A DNA stretch of 63,601 nt, filler included, from Phoronis australis (GCA_002633005.1; 10 parts of 10 records of this genome joined end to end with filler, not necessarily neighbours in it), one strand, 5' to 3'; shown: positions 39,215 through 53,171, counted from the whole stretch's first letter. The notes: a model not told the origin generated them from the letters alone. A program made the numbers and translations.

Positions 39215-42200
39215 CTGAAAAAACAACAAGGCTCGTTGCTGCATGTAAACTATCACTCAAACCATTAAAGCCTCATCCCTTGACATTGGCAACTGTCTTT
39301 GGAATTGCAAACACCAATTACTGCTGCAGTAATTTGTAAGTTAATATGCTATGTGCCAAAAGGAATATATTACGCTATAAGCCAAACTGACATCACATTA
39401 CCTCTATATACACAAGTGAAAAGTAGCTTTCTGGAAGCTTATTTGTGTAATAATTTAATTTTAATGTAATGGCAAAAATCTCGCCAATTTCTGACAAAAA
39501 TAATTGCCAAACATTGGTATTTTTTCTTTATTCAAAGGTGTCTAACATTGTACTGTTACTTATCATTTATGAAAAAATATAAAAAATAAATGTCGCTTGT
39601 CGGCCATGTTGTGTCCTAAATGTGGTGAGATTTTACAGTGTTTTCACTTTACTNNNNNNNNNNNNNNNNNNNNNNNNNNNNNNNNNNNNNNNNNNNNTTA
39701 ATTAATTAANNNNNNNNNNNNNNNNNNNNNNNNNNNNNNNNNNNNNNNNNNNNTGCCATTATTTCTGAGATTGCACAACTGATCACCCATACCGCAAACA
39801 CAACTTAAGACAAGCAACTGACCAATGTGTGACCGCTGCAGTTTCGTGGCTAATTCACCAAAATAATCACGTGAATATTTTTCTTTGGGTCACTGTGTAT
39901 AATCTTTTCGTGACTGGACGTTTAGTTTCCTGCTTTGGCTGGTTTATGATCGTGATGTCTTCAGTCCGGCCGCGATCGATGGGCCTGATCGGGATAGCAA
40001 GTGTTTTGTGTGTTTAGAACTGAAAAACGCAAGTCTAAAATTACAACACACAGTGATGGGATCCTGTCTGTATTTCACGAACGAATTATTTGAATTCATC
40101 ACCGAACAGTGCCCAAACTCCAGCAACCGACCCTGGAAAATTGACCAACTGAACTTTGTAGGCTACGGTACGTTCAAATACCTAAAAATCCATAACAGCG
40201 AAATAAAATAACACGTTTGTTCAATAACTCGTTGTATGTGTTAGGGTTTTAAATCGAAATTTGATGATTTATTGGTGTAGAACGATGAAATCGGGCCATA
40301 AGCTGACACCACTAGTAACCGTGTTGTGAAATGCTGAATAAACCGCATTCGAACCTCTGACGTCATTGGTTAATTTCAACACCTCCGTCTGCCGTCCGGT
40401 GTCAGGTAAAAGAGCTGTACTTGCTGTTATCGACAGGAACTATTCGATCTAAATTGGTACAAGATAGGTTGTTTTTTGGGGTGGCATTTTCCTCCAAATC
40501 CATCTTACACCTATCTTGCTTGCACTTACCACCAAACTCAACATGCACTTTGAACTAAACAATACGCAACACAACAAATCAACTTATATAATACGAAAGC
40601 TTGTCTACTCAATTACAATACAATTTCAACAGTTCAGCTGGCTGTTCGGTGTTCGGTGTCGATCGATACGTGGAATAATGTCTCGTGGGATTTTTCTTCA
40701 TGTACGCCAATGGAGGTACGTTTTGTACTTATCCCATACGCTTCGAGCTCCCAAGTTTCTTTCATTTTTTCAGAAGATTTTTACAGTAGCCTAACAATAA
40801 TATTTGATATTTTAGTTACCGAGGAATCGGCGCCTGAGTTGCAGACGATAAAATATTTAGCAAATGAAAACTGAGACAGAACTGTCATATAATTAACAGT
40901 CCTGTTCCAGATATTATGATGGAGACCAAGTTCTTCAAGTTGGCTTGTTGTGGCTGATACTTAAAGAGGCCTGAAACGCAATGAGCAGACTAATGAGGTT
41001 TTCTGTCACTGAATTAGAATTCAACTTGCTCACCAGGTTTTTAGGGTTAACTTTGTTCTTCAAGATTTTGAATTTCTGTTGATATCAAAGCAGTTTCATT
41101 TAGTTTCAAATTTAAAAAACGAACTTTCAACTGCTCGCCACGTCGTCGATTTTTCTCCCACGAGGTAAAGCGCGTCTGCTTATTTGGTGTGTTAAGACAT
41201 AGACGTAGCACATTTCCTTGATGTGGAAATGTGACCTTTGGCCTCAAGCGACTTCAAGAAACTGATTGTGAGCGTGCATTTATCATAAGTGGGAGGGAGA
41301 TTAGAAACTCTGTAGTAACCACAAAGTTTTTCCTTCGCACGTATTTCAAAAATCGTGAATTTTGTTATTTTTTTTCTGGAATTTTTCTCGCAGGGAAAAG
41401 TTCTGTACTACACGTTGCAAGATAGAACTTTCGTCAGGAATTGTGTAACAGATATTTTGACGGGCTTTCACTTCAATGCCTCTTTAATGAGCAGAGCATG
41501 GTCTCAACGAATCGTGAACTCTCAGTTCTTTGCAATTCCAGTAGTCGTTTCTCAACAAGCAGCCTCGAACCAAGTGTGCGGTGCATAGTGGTCTAAATAA
41601 AAACTTCGCTTCTTGGACGGAACGCAAGTCGATCCTTGGCTTCGGCGCTGCTTCTTCTTTAGTGTTTCAAAAATATGATAAAGATGCGACTTTCATGCTT
41701 CGAATTACAAGCAAACAAGGCTACTCCTTATCTAGTACCTTTTTCACAAGGTAACGTATATAGTGCACATGTGCGTGTATTTGTACAGATGATGCAACCG
41801 TCTGCACGCTGGCCACCTTGGAATGTTCTTTCCGCTGCTCTTCAGTCAAAAACTTTGTAAATGGAACTTGATGGCGAACCATATATTTCAAGAAGATGCT
41901 CCTTGAACACGAACTCAAATCTTTTCGAAATAATGAGATTAGTGGCACTCTGACATAAATCCTATTATTTGGCCAAATAACATTCTACAGTCCTTCATCC
42001 TTCATATGCAACTCCTAGATAGTTCCTTACTAGTCCGATGGTAGCGCTGTTTTTCTTTCTCTCCAGCTTCCTGTTGGCCCTGCCTCAGCTTGCAACAGTA
42101 CATTAACTCGTAAGTTTTCCACTTAGACAATTTGACAGCTTGTAGACTCCTCGTTCGGCGTTAATTATCCTGGACAAGATTTACTTCACGTATTTATTAC

Positions 42201-42816
42201 TTTTAGCAAAAGATGGCTTTTCTAACGGCTGATTTCTTTCGATTCTAATACCCCTCAAACCCAAAACAATCCCCTCGCCAATTCGGCGACACCTCCTCGC
42301 ATGACCCTGTTTCCAAACAACCACTTCCCTAAGTATCAGTGGGATATCATGCGACAATCCCCGTCAGGTTTGGGGAGGAGACCCGGCGGCGAGGTACAAA
42401 TGTTATCTATATGAGCGGGTAGGAAAGGGACCTGCCATACGGCCCAGCTCCCATTCTTTTATGAGTTGTCTCACGTCTGCTGGGGTTGGTGAGTTGCTGA
42501 TATTAAGTTTGTTTGTGGTGTGGCTTTCCGTGCCCATGTACTGTAACTTAAGGCTATTTTAAGCCTTGAACAAGGAATGAAGCACAGTTCGGGTCTGGGT
42601 ACTCATGTAGAATGCGCTTGAATGCCAGCGGTTGCCAAGTGTGTGACCCAGGCTACAGACGTACATGTATGGTCGATATTGGAATTACATAACACATCAC
42701 GGCGGAGCCTGGTGAGGTAAAGCTCGAAAGCGCCGCGTTCCACACACAGATGTGTCCTGAAGCGCACAACCGATTTCGATGGGTTTATCGGTATAATCTC
42801 AAAAAAAACTTCTTAA

Positions 42817-45800
42817 GAGACAGTCCATATAAAAACCAGTAGATTTTCAAAAATCAGTCTATACGTCAAAATTTAAAACAACTTCATTTTTTGTACATGG
42901 GTAGGTATCCTAACATAAACCCAAATGCCAAATTTTGTGCACTCAATGACCCCTAATTTCGCCGCAGGAGCATGATCACACAAAGTGGCACAATTGGGCA
43001 TATTAGCCGTCTCAAAAATCGCATTTTTTCAGCAACAAAAATGAGTAACATAGAAAATAGATCAAAAGCTATATTTTGGTGGCTGAAATAACCAACGTAT
43101 ACTGTACATAATTCTGTGCCATTTATTAAAATCTGACAGTTTTGTGCTAGACAGGGGAGATAATCCACAGACCACTTTTTGGGGCCAATTTTAGTGACCA
43201 TTTTTGTGACCTTCTTACTGCCATAAAACACCTTGTAGCCTTATGTGACGTTTTGAACAGACAGTTAAAGAGTTAGTTTTGATGACTGAGCAATAAAAAA
43301 TCTTGCCTCAACTTTGCACTTTAGTGAAAATTGTCTTGCAAAACTGTCTATTTTCATAGTTTGGATATGACGAGCAGAGTTTACAGACCATTCGAACCAA
43401 CTTTTAGGCAATAAGTCTGCTTTAAATAGTTATAGAAACCAAGTCTAAACTCTTTCAAATGAAAACAAGATGTTTTCTGGGTTTATTACGCGGCTAGTAT
43501 CAAACATTAACCCGATGACCTTTGCCCACTGAGGGAGTCAGTTGAGGTTAAGTTTGAGGATATATAAAAAATGTACGTGTAACCCTCTTGTATTCTTTCA
43601 TTTCTTTTATATTATCAAGTTAATTTAAAAACTCTGTAGAAATTTTAAATGGAAATAAATGCCTTTAAGATTAAACGAGTAAGAATTGATATTTGTAATG
43701 TCTGGTTTTGAAAGAAGCAAGTGCATTTTAAAAAGACAAAATGGCGGACGATGTCGGTGGGCCTTCATGTTCCTTTAGAGTTTATTCTGCAAAAAATCCG
43801 ATCACAAAAGCTTTGTGCTTTAGTGAGTTATGTCAAAGACACCACTGAACATTTGAGATACAGGAAACTACCTCACAAAGCAAGGCCTGTGCCTGAGTAT
43901 GGACTCGTACTACCCAGAGTCGGTGAATTTCTGACTGAACAGGACCAGTCATGGAAGAGTCCGGTAACGCTGGATGTTACCACTCTGCTCCTCTCTTCCT
44001 GAACGTAGCAGCCTTGTCAAATTCTACCGGCATTTCTGTTTCGAGATATGACTTTAGTGAAAGTCAGAATGGAAAGGATCTCTGTGATCGCAAGATCGCT
44101 CCACTCAAACAACATGCAAAGTACTTTGTAGCCGAAGGTAACAATATCATAAACTTTCTGGATTTGAAAGAAGCATTACTTTCGAGTGGCCTTGTGAAGG
44201 GATGTTATGTGTATGCATGTTCAGTCAATGCAACAAAGTCTTTTCCAAAATACTCAGTTCCTGGTATAAGCACATTCCCAAATTCCCACTATTCCACCCA
44301 AGGAATTCGCGTGTGGAAATCATTCCATGTAGGTGACGGTAAGTTCTTACAAATACTGAGAAAAAGGGAAACCTATTTCTCTAAAATACTAACATCTCTC
44401 TGAGAAATGGCGGATTTTCAACACCAAGAGTTAAGGTTGGCATTGTATCAGATCTAGTGAAAAGCTTCAACAAAAGTTCCCTTGTACCCAGCAAGGTTAC
44501 TCGAAATTTTTTGCTACACGTATGACCACATCGCACGACAGGGGTCAGAAATGCTTTCAGATGCAAGAACCGGAGCGTCATTTGAGACAGCCTGCTCAGA
44601 GTACTATTTGGAGGAGACAAATGCTGAAGCAATAGGTTAGGCATTAAAAAAAGGTTAAAGGTCAACAAATTTTTCAGCAAAGGTTAAGAACTTTCTGACG
44701 AACATATTCGATGAAGGAGATAAGTCAGGTAAAAACGTTCACCCTCGGAAGTGCCAAAATGGAGAAAACATTACGAGAACCTATTGGTAAAGTGTTTACC
44801 TGTGATATTAAGTGAATCGCAGATTGGTGGGTTTTTTGGAGGTTTTCTGCAGCAATGTTTATGACGAAGCAATTTCTGCTGAAGATGCTGTTATATCGTC
44901 AGATTTACTGAATGAAGTGGTAAATGAGCTCAACGTTTAGCCTAGTAGTTTTGTAGCATACCTGTCAAAGATGTGTGATATATGAAGTCGAGACCGTTAC
45001 TTCTTTTTACTTCATGTCTGTCATGAATGAGTCATTAATAAAATTGTCTCTCGTGAATTATTTTCTATTGACTGTGAATGTGTACCTTTTTATAGCACTG
45101 CTGATCACACTGGCAGAAATATTCAGCGTTAAGGTGCCCGGTGTGTAGGGGAAACACCAGATTTCTGGCGACTGGTGGCGACTAAAATTTGTAGCAACCG
45201 GCAGGGACATTGCAATATGAACCCAAAGTTACAATGACTATCGACAAGTTGAAGGATTTTTTGCACTGAACACTAGGGAGGCATATCTACCTTGGGCGCC
45301 TTCCTTTACCTGTGGCACGAACAAGGCAGATAGACAACAAGGCAGGGGTGAGTTCAGTAACACTAGAACCTCTCTAAAATTTATCCAAAACCACGTGTTC
45401 TTATTTAAAATGCAGGGCAATATTTCGCGAAGTCTTGAATTATAGCAAGGTCCTCGTGTTACTGCTCTGGCTTATTCTAGATGCGTCTCCAGTCTCTACG
45501 TAAACAAATGCAGCGCCATCTATCATCATGCCAGTTGATTCACGTTACATATTTTTTGTAATAAGCAATAATCATCAATGCCGTTTTCAGAGAATGGTAA
45601 TTAATAATGCTGACTGCCTTTTCTCCAAAATACAAGGTTTTTATGTCGTGTTGCGCAAGCTAATTGTATGTTCCAAGAGCCCCCTATTGGCAGCAGAGGC
45701 AACTGAGAACGTGAAAAGGACGAAGTGCAGTTCGTGTAATGCTTCGTACGCAAAAACTACATTGGAGGCAAGATTTTTTATTTTAGATTATGAACAGGTT

Positions 45801-46248
45801 AGGAGTGACTAAACAAATTATTAAAAATTCAATTTCAGGAAAGGTGCGTTATGGCTGCTACAGAGTGCCAAATTTGGCCGAAAATGGCTTCAGTGAAAAA
45901 CTGAAAAATAGCCGTTTTTGCCTCACAAATTCAAAACGTACAAATTTAAAAATGGATTTTGAAAGTTATACCATTAAATTATTCAGCCAATGTCCTTTCA
46001 ATTCGTATTATTAATTTGTTTTGACCTTACAACACATGCTATTAAAATGCATTCAAACATGCCTACTTCAACGCTCAATTTTGTTGCAAAATGGAGGTAC
46101 AGGTCATAAAAAGAAAAATGATGATTGAAAATTCTTAAAAAGTGAGGTTTTTCTACATCTCAACAAACCAAACTCATGTGCTAAGTTTCAAAAAAATCGG
46201 TGATTTTGGGTATAGACTCTACCTGTTGGTTTTTATATGGAATCACTC
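42817..46248 (+). mobile_element. Decayed Sola3-like DNA transposon, 3.4 kb, TTAA TSD
   Basis: TTAA at 42813-42816 and 46249-46252; GAG...CTC termini; TIR GAGACAGTCCATATAAAAACCA vs GAGTGATTCCATATAAAAACCA; internal transposase fragment. Confidence 0.8.
43951..44403 (+). pseudogene. Sola3-like DDD transposase fragment
   Basis: SGNAGCYH (usually SDNAGCYH)...RYDFSESQNGKDLCDRKIAPLK...EGNNI; flanking frames broken. Confidence 0.75.
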
Positions 46249-47866
46249 TTAACTTTTAATCGGAGGTCACTTTCGATATTTTATTCGACTTCGTGAAGAA
46301 AATATGGAAAATCTTAGCTTACTCTTTTGAATATGTTGTTTGTTGAGGCTTTTTCAAGCTCTGCCGCTGTGGCCCTGAGAGCGTACAAATATTTCTCTAC
46401 ACTTTTTGACTCACTGAGCTCATTCGGTTCGAAAAATTTAACAAAGATTAAAATCCAAAAAAATAAAAGTAACAATATAAAAATAGAATAAAAACATAAA
46501 ATAACAAAACTGATAATAAACAAATAATAATCGAAAAAAATACTATTAGAACATACAAACTAACTGCCTTCACAGCTGAAGACTGGTGAGTCACTGGGAC
46601 CGGCTGTTTCACGAAAAGAGACCTATGACTTCATCGCCCTCCTTCATCTGACGGGAAAGGTGCATGTGCCTTTTGAGAGGAGAATTTTTTCGGGTGAGGA
46701 GAAAATCTCCAATCAGTCCCGGTCGCCACTAATTCGACTAGGATTGTGTAGGTGAAAGTGATTCTGAACTGGAGACGAATTTTTTTATCAGTGTGGTGGA
46801 ATTTGGGCCTGATGAGTATAATTTCGCCTGATTTGAAATATTTTTGAAGTAAATTAAGCAGATATTCTGCCCCATACTTGAGGCATCGCGGACCCCAGAC
46901 TGAAGTCAAGTCTTATGTTCTGCAACACTATTTCTAACAAATAATTAAAACTGACTTAAAAACAGAAGTCTTCATAAAGGCTCAAATCAGCTGTTCACAT
47001 GCACAAAATTCACTTGCCTTTACCCGACAAGCAGCACATTGTGATGATTCTACAAGATTTGCTGATTAACATCTTGCAGGGAGAGTGGCTCCCTTAGATG
47101 CAGCACCTTTGTTGTCGATCAAAATTCGAACACAAGGCTTTTCAAAACACTTTCAGTTCAAATTTAAGTCCGCCTAAAACAAATAAACGACCAACAACAC
47201 CTTCCGCTCTTTGCGTTTTTAAATTAACGTGAGCACACATTTTCCCTTTAGGATTTAACATAATTTTACATTGGTGAAATATCAAACTGGAGTTTTTAAC
47301 ATATACTTTAAATGAACATTAACTTTCCAATTTACAAAAAAAAAATATTTTACCAATACGGTCGTCCTTAAAATACTGTTTGTTTCAACTCAGCAGACAA
47401 AACTGTCAGTAAAATATAACGGTAAAATATTTTATTCTGACTTCCACTTTCATTGTCAGGGTGTGCCAATGTTCACTGCAACAAATACGTCAGAAATACA
47501 ACAGGCTGAAACCACTATTATGTTGTACCGTTTCTCAATATTGTTGCTTCGGATTTCCATACATGAATCTGTACATATTTTTGTTCTATATATTCGCAAT
47601 AGCATATCTAAGTATTGGAATACTGATATTAGATACTACTTAAATGTATATACTTCTATGTATATTAGTTTCATTTATGAAATGTTTACAACCCAGATAT
47701 AACGCTTTGCGATTTCTGGGTTTGTCATTATTTTTTGTATGTTCTGTGTATTCTTCAATAAATATATATATTCCACTTTACTATTATGTTAGATATCAAT
47801 TAATTTGAGTCCTCACGTATTTCACGGTCCACACGAGGGGTAACAACGTTACTATGAATTGAACTT

Positions 47867-48058
47867 AAGCCACACCTACATGATGACCATAAGCCACACC
47901 TACATCATGACCATAAGTCATACCTACATCATGACCATAAGCCACACCTATATGATGACCATAAACCACACCTACATGATGACCATAAGCCACACCTACA
48001 TCATGACCATAAGCCATACCTACATCATGACCATAAACCACACCTACATCCTGACCAC
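47867..48058. repeat. 24-bp minisatellite x8
   Basis: Unit TAAGCCACACCTACAT(G/C)ATGACCA; explains the SHTYMMTI-repeat ORFs. Confidence 0.95.
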
Positions 48059-48961
48059 AGTGCGTCGTTACTGATCTACATGCCAAGTATAAGGAACAGA
48101 CATGATATTCAAAACAAAACAAAACACCAACATCACTTTCAAAATGCAGAGAGTATCAAACAGCTCAAAGAACAACGGAAATGTTGAAAAATGAAAAAAT
48201 ACCAGTACTTGAGTTGAGAAGTCAACAAAATGACTGCCGCCACAAGAGTGTGTATTAAAGGCACATAAAAAAGTGAGATGAGGATAAAGCACAACAAGCC
48301 GTAACCAATCACCATGATGATTGTGGACACACGTCAACAAACACACTCAGGCACACCCTATCCACGTACCTCCTTGTAACCCGATAGAAATAAAGTCCCA
48401 TACTCCAAAACAAACCCCAGCCATCCAGCTGAAACTCAAGCTTCTACATATACCTGCGCTTTTGAACAGACAAGCAAGACCAAAAGTCCCATAATGTACA
48501 TTTACAAGTTTCATTTCACTATAAAAGTACATAATCCAGTTAATATTAAATGACTCACTAAGAACTGTGTCCAGACAAGGCATATTTTACCTTCTGGCGG
48601 TAACTCAACTACTCTGTAAGCCTATTTGAAGGTACATCATCAGTTTTGCAGCCAAGAAACAGTTTTGAGACTACTGTTGGATGAGCTTTGAGCAGAACTT
48701 TTAAAAACATTGTTTTGTGATTTTATTACAAATAGCCAATTCTCGCAGTTGTCGGCCAAACGAGCATTTGCTGAAGTTAAGGCTGGTGTCTAGCATGTAA
48801 AGGAGAATGCCACCCGATTTAATTAGTCTTTTTTACCGTCTTAATCGGTCTATATTCACATCGCCTCGTATACGGTCGACCTCACCTTGCCGAGAGGTGT
48901 CGCGTTAACCTGTGAGGAAGGTGAGAAACGACGCTAGCGACTTCGGTGGTTCGTCTGCAGA

Positions 48962-49230
48962 GTGAATGTCGCTATATTGCGGTGCATCGTTCCCGCTAGT
49001 CCGAACTATGAAGCTTCGAAGAAAGCGGGTATATCGTTTCGTCGACTTCCTCGAGAGCCCGAATTGCTTAGAAAGTGGCTCGCAGTAGTGAAGAATGAAA
49101 GGTACGCTGTTAATAGCAATTATGGGGCCCTGAAACAACTCCGTGTCTGTGGTCGGCATTTCGTCATCAGTGATTTCTCTGGCGAAATTCCGGCTTACCA
49201 AAGAACTATCCATACGTTCCGTTGCCTGTG
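48962..49230 (+). pseudogene. Degenerate THAP zinc-finger domain
   Basis: RCIVPAS...GISFRRLPREPELLRKWLAVVK...RVCGRHF..SDF: THAP C2CH layout with second Cys changed to Ser and a frameshifted AVPTIF-like box. Confidence 0.8.
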
Positions 49231-50899
49231 CATGTTCACGGCGCCTCTCTAATATTTCTTGATCAGTGTATTCCGGCTCGAACTGATAGCCTGTGAAACC
49301 TAACGATCCGACCCGTGAAGTCTTCGTCAGATGAGCTCTTGACTAAGTCGGGATTGGCGCCGGGCGAGTTGCCATTTAGACGTTTATTATTCTGCGTTCT
49401 GTTTCAAAAGTGATGAATTATTCTCATCCCAACCAATGCTTATATAAAACTGAAACGAAGTTTGTCTCATTAGATACAACTTGTAATGCCTTTGCAGTAT
49501 TCGTGAGTGCAAATGTTGAGAAGCCAGCAACGAATAAACCACTGCGTTACCGGCCGCTTTTGATGCCGGCAATAAAGGTAATAGCTCACTTGCGAGTTTC
49601 TCGTTAGTCACTGTGACGTCACCGGAAAGGGGGCAAAGCCCGCCATATTGCTCTTGTTTTGCCCCGAGTCTTTGCTACACACGCTAAAACTTACTGGAGT
49701 TCTTATGGTGAATTTTACGCTTAAAACGTTAAAACAACTTAAGATATGGTAGATGGGTCGTGAAATAACTGTGAATGGACGAAGAAAATGTGAACTTGTT
49801 ATGTTGTTCGAAGCTGTGAACGGACTGAAATTGGAACTTAACCCGCTCTAGGCCTGAATGGCGCAGGCATACAGGGTCGATAGTGTATCCCCATAAAAAG
49901 ATATTCACTTCAAAATACAGCAAATAAAATCAAATGAAACATGCATATGTGCACATGAAGTTATAATTAACACATACCCTGACTCTGGACACATTTTAGT
50001 CTACAAATAACTTGAGCATATTCATGAAAACCTCGCGGTTCTCTCGAGTTTCTCTCACTAGCCGCCATTTTGAGGAAGTTACGTGAAATCACGCCTGTTG
50101 ACGAACAAAAAGTCCAAGGGACACAAATCTTACAAATTTCACTTGATATTTTCTCATGCTATTTTGCAAGTGTCACGCGCCAGGTCACCCGCCAGATCTC
50201 GCGCTTCGCTCAGTCTCGCGCTAGCCTTTGCCTCATACTCACCTGACTCAGAAATACTTGATTGTGGTTATCGCGCGCGCGGACAAAGTTAACAGTAACC
50301 ACAAAGTGGAGTTGGAATTCTTCGCCAAAGTCACCTGAATCCCCGTATATATGCTTCATCGAAGATATGTTTAGAAGCAGAAAGAGTCACTGAAGAAAGT
50401 AAGAGCCTTTTAGGTGCTAATTTTAGGTGTAGAATGTATTTTTGACGAGGTGAAAACTTTATCAGTGAGCGGATTTCGCCTACCGCCCGTTTAAAATACA
50501 CGGGACGAAATTAGTACAGAACGCGATAGAACGTATTGTAGTGCGAATCTGAAGTTCATTTGCCATAACAGCAATGCTTTTGGGCATTTTTCGAACTAAA
50601 CGGCTAAAAACTCGAAGACAATAACAGAATACACTCTGCTACCGTATTGGGCAAATGACCAAACGACAAGCTTTTGCCCCANGTGCAACGTTTTTACCGC
50701 ATCTGTCATGCCGTGTCATCCTATTACACCCCACACATTTGTAACTCGAGTTTGACTGGTGTATAGTAAAGTTGTCTTGTGCAATATCATACAGTGTACA
50801 TGTACATGTAATACTTTTGAAAAAAACTCATTTTCCGAAGAATTGCTATTGTGGCGGGCGCCGTGGTCTGGTCGCGAGTCAGAAGATGCACTCTAACAA

Positions 50900-51890
50900 G
50901 TTATGTCTATACATGAATGACCAAGGGGGCACTCACATTGACAAAGTGACCGCATTCGCGAACAGTGTACAGTACCAGAAATTGCGGGGAGGCTGTATTT
51001 TCACAACAAAGTCTTGCGGGACTCGTGCGATGTTCAATAGGTCTCCTAAGGAGCCGGGAGACCTACTGCCGACCTCAACACCTACCGTCTTTCTACCTGC
51101 ACTAAGCATCACTGCCGTTTTCTGTACTGGGAATTTCCGCAGAAAGGCCCACCCGACGAAACGCCCATGCCCACGGGCATTTATTGGATGTTAGTACTTC
51201 GGGTTTCAAGTGTTCAGACATTGGGACGTTTATTTCAAAAACTGTAAGAGATGCAAATGGGTCCTGGGATACATCGTCAAGGTTTGAAGTAGTCCATGAT
51301 GAACGGATCAAATTTAGTTGCGCATGCTGTAAGTCTTTTGTATGGACTTGGTAACCTCAGGAGGCTTAGTGCCAACTGAGCTGCGAAACGAGATGCTGAC
51401 ATTGTAAAGGCGTACAAGCTCATTGACACAGCACTTGACGAAGTGCAAGTGTTGGGAACAAACGTCGAAGATGTCTGGGAAGAATGGTTCCAAGAGGAGC
51501 AAACCATTAGATCCGGTGTACAGATTCCTCGGCAGTCCAGACAACAGAGAGATAGGACCAACGTTCCTGGAGAAACACCCAGGTAGTAAGTTATAATTCT
51601 ACACAGTTTGTAATAATGTCGGTTTTTATGCTTGTGTACAATGAAAACGAAATAGAAATTATTTTTGGACATGCTAAATTTACCCAGTACAGCAGAGAGT
51701 CTACGAGCGTACAGAAACTGATTCTGGTTTTTATTTCCACTTGGCTCTATCTGCTTCATATCCAAAATCTATTTCACGTAGTGTGTAGTTAAATCTGTAC
51801 TCATTACCTGTTTCTTCCAGTGAGTACTACAGAACGGTGTGAAAACTCGTCCTAGACAACCTCTCGCAGCAGTTGACCACTAGATGTGTA
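50900..51890 (+). pseudogene. Decayed hAT transposase (THAP12/PRKRIR/ZMYM1-like) with an intron at 51583-51820
   Basis: DADIVKAYKLIDTALDEVQVL...WEEWF...IPRQSRQQRDRTNVPGETP | SEYYRTVxKLVLDNLSQQLTTR; multiple stops and frameshifts. Confidence 0.72.
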
Positions 51891-51974
51891 CACTACACGT
51901 ATGAGCAACCAGTGGGGATTAAAAAGTGTCCAGAGAGAAGTTTTCAATTCAAAATTTTTTGCAAAGTACGCTTT

Positions 51975-52194
51975 AGGTCTCGCGACGGACCAGGCGAGCT
52001 TGATTTGTGTAGATATCGAGTTTCAGTGTACTTCTGGTCCCTCGGCGAACTAGTCTTATGATGTTTTTTACCAAAGTGTGCTTTGTAAAACTATTTATCT
52101 CAGCCAGTACTGTTTGGCCCCGCGACAGATCGACTATTTTTATAGGGATAATAAGCACAGGTGTACTTTTGGTCTCGTGACGGACCAGGCCAAA
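51975..52194. repeat. Degenerate short repeat array (GGTCTCGCGACGGACCAGGC-like), cut by contig end
   Basis: Four related motifs spaced ~55-80 bp apart. Confidence 0.55.
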
Positions 52195-52447
52195 NNNNNN
52201 NNNNNNNNNNNNNNNNNNNNNNNNNNNNNNNNNNNNNNTTAATTAATTAANNNNNNNNNNNNNNNNNNNNNNNNNNNNNNNNNNNNNNNNNNNNTAGAAT
52301 CTTTCAATCCAACATTGTTTTACTATGTATTGCCAATCTACGCTTTTTGCATGGTTTATTTGTTTTCCTACTGCTTGATGAGTAATTGATGATTCACACA
52401 CTACTAGTACTTGACTTCCTAAAACCACCTGTAACATTTAAGGGCAC

Positions 52448-53171
52448 TAGTCATATATAATGGACCCTAACTTATTCCAAATTAATCTAATAAATGTGGG
52501 TCTAAATGAATGATTTTGATATCGTTGCATCCCTCAGACATCTGGCTATCCGTACATGTCCACCTCACGACCCTCAATTACTCCGTTCTATATCTGTGCT
52601 ATTCTGAACTCGGTCCACTTTAGCCACACGCACTGTGAAATCGGCAGCCATTTCAGAGAACTTACTATGCCTAGCGCCATCTATCGGTGATCTGCTACAA
52701 CACGCGCTGTTCCTTTTTCACTAGTCAACGTCATTGGTCGATTTCGTCAATTATTAACGTCATCATTATTAATCATCGTTATGTCTGCTCTCGTCATCCT
52801 CTTTCGCCATCTTATCTGTCATCGTCATGTTGTCGTCGTCCATGAGACGCGTACGATGATGTTAATAATTGACAAAATCGACCATTGACGTTGACTGATG
52901 AAAAAGGAACAGCGCGTATTGTAGCAGACTGCCGACAGATGGCGCTAGGTATAGTAAGTTCCCTGAAATGGCTGCCGATTTCACAATGCGCGTGGCTAAA
53001 GTGGACCGAGTTCGGAATAGTGTAGTTATAGAACGGAGTAATTGAGGGTTGTGAGGTGGATATGTACGGATAGCCAGATGTCTGAGGAATGCAACAATAT
53101 TAGAATCATTTATTTAGACTCACATTTAGTGGATTTATTTGTAATAAGTTAGGGTCCATTATATCCGACTA
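52448..53171. mobile_element. Long palindromic (foldback) non-autonomous element with Academ-type TAGTC...GACTA ends
   Basis: Arms 52448-52764 and 52855-53171 are reverse complements with scattered, mostly transition, mismatches; ~90-bp spacer; flanks GCAC / GTAC. Confidence 0.88.

Noticed and set aside
41580-42000. Minus-strand ORF remnant (MVRHQVPFTKFL...) as a gag or zinc-knuckle protein
   Set aside because: No complete CCHC or other diagnostic motif; unsupported without a search.
47859-48122. Repeat-protein ORFs (SHTYMMTI / GHDVGVAY) or a CRISPR-like array
   Set aside because: A 24-bp head-to-tail minisatellite with no unique spacers; the unit is a multiple of 3, so open frames are expected; no cas genes and the DNA is eukaryotic.
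52448-53171. Strand-biased G-U wobble pattern implying selection on RNA structure
   Set aside because: The outer half looks biased, but the inner half has about as many A-C mismatches; overall this fits ordinary transition bias.
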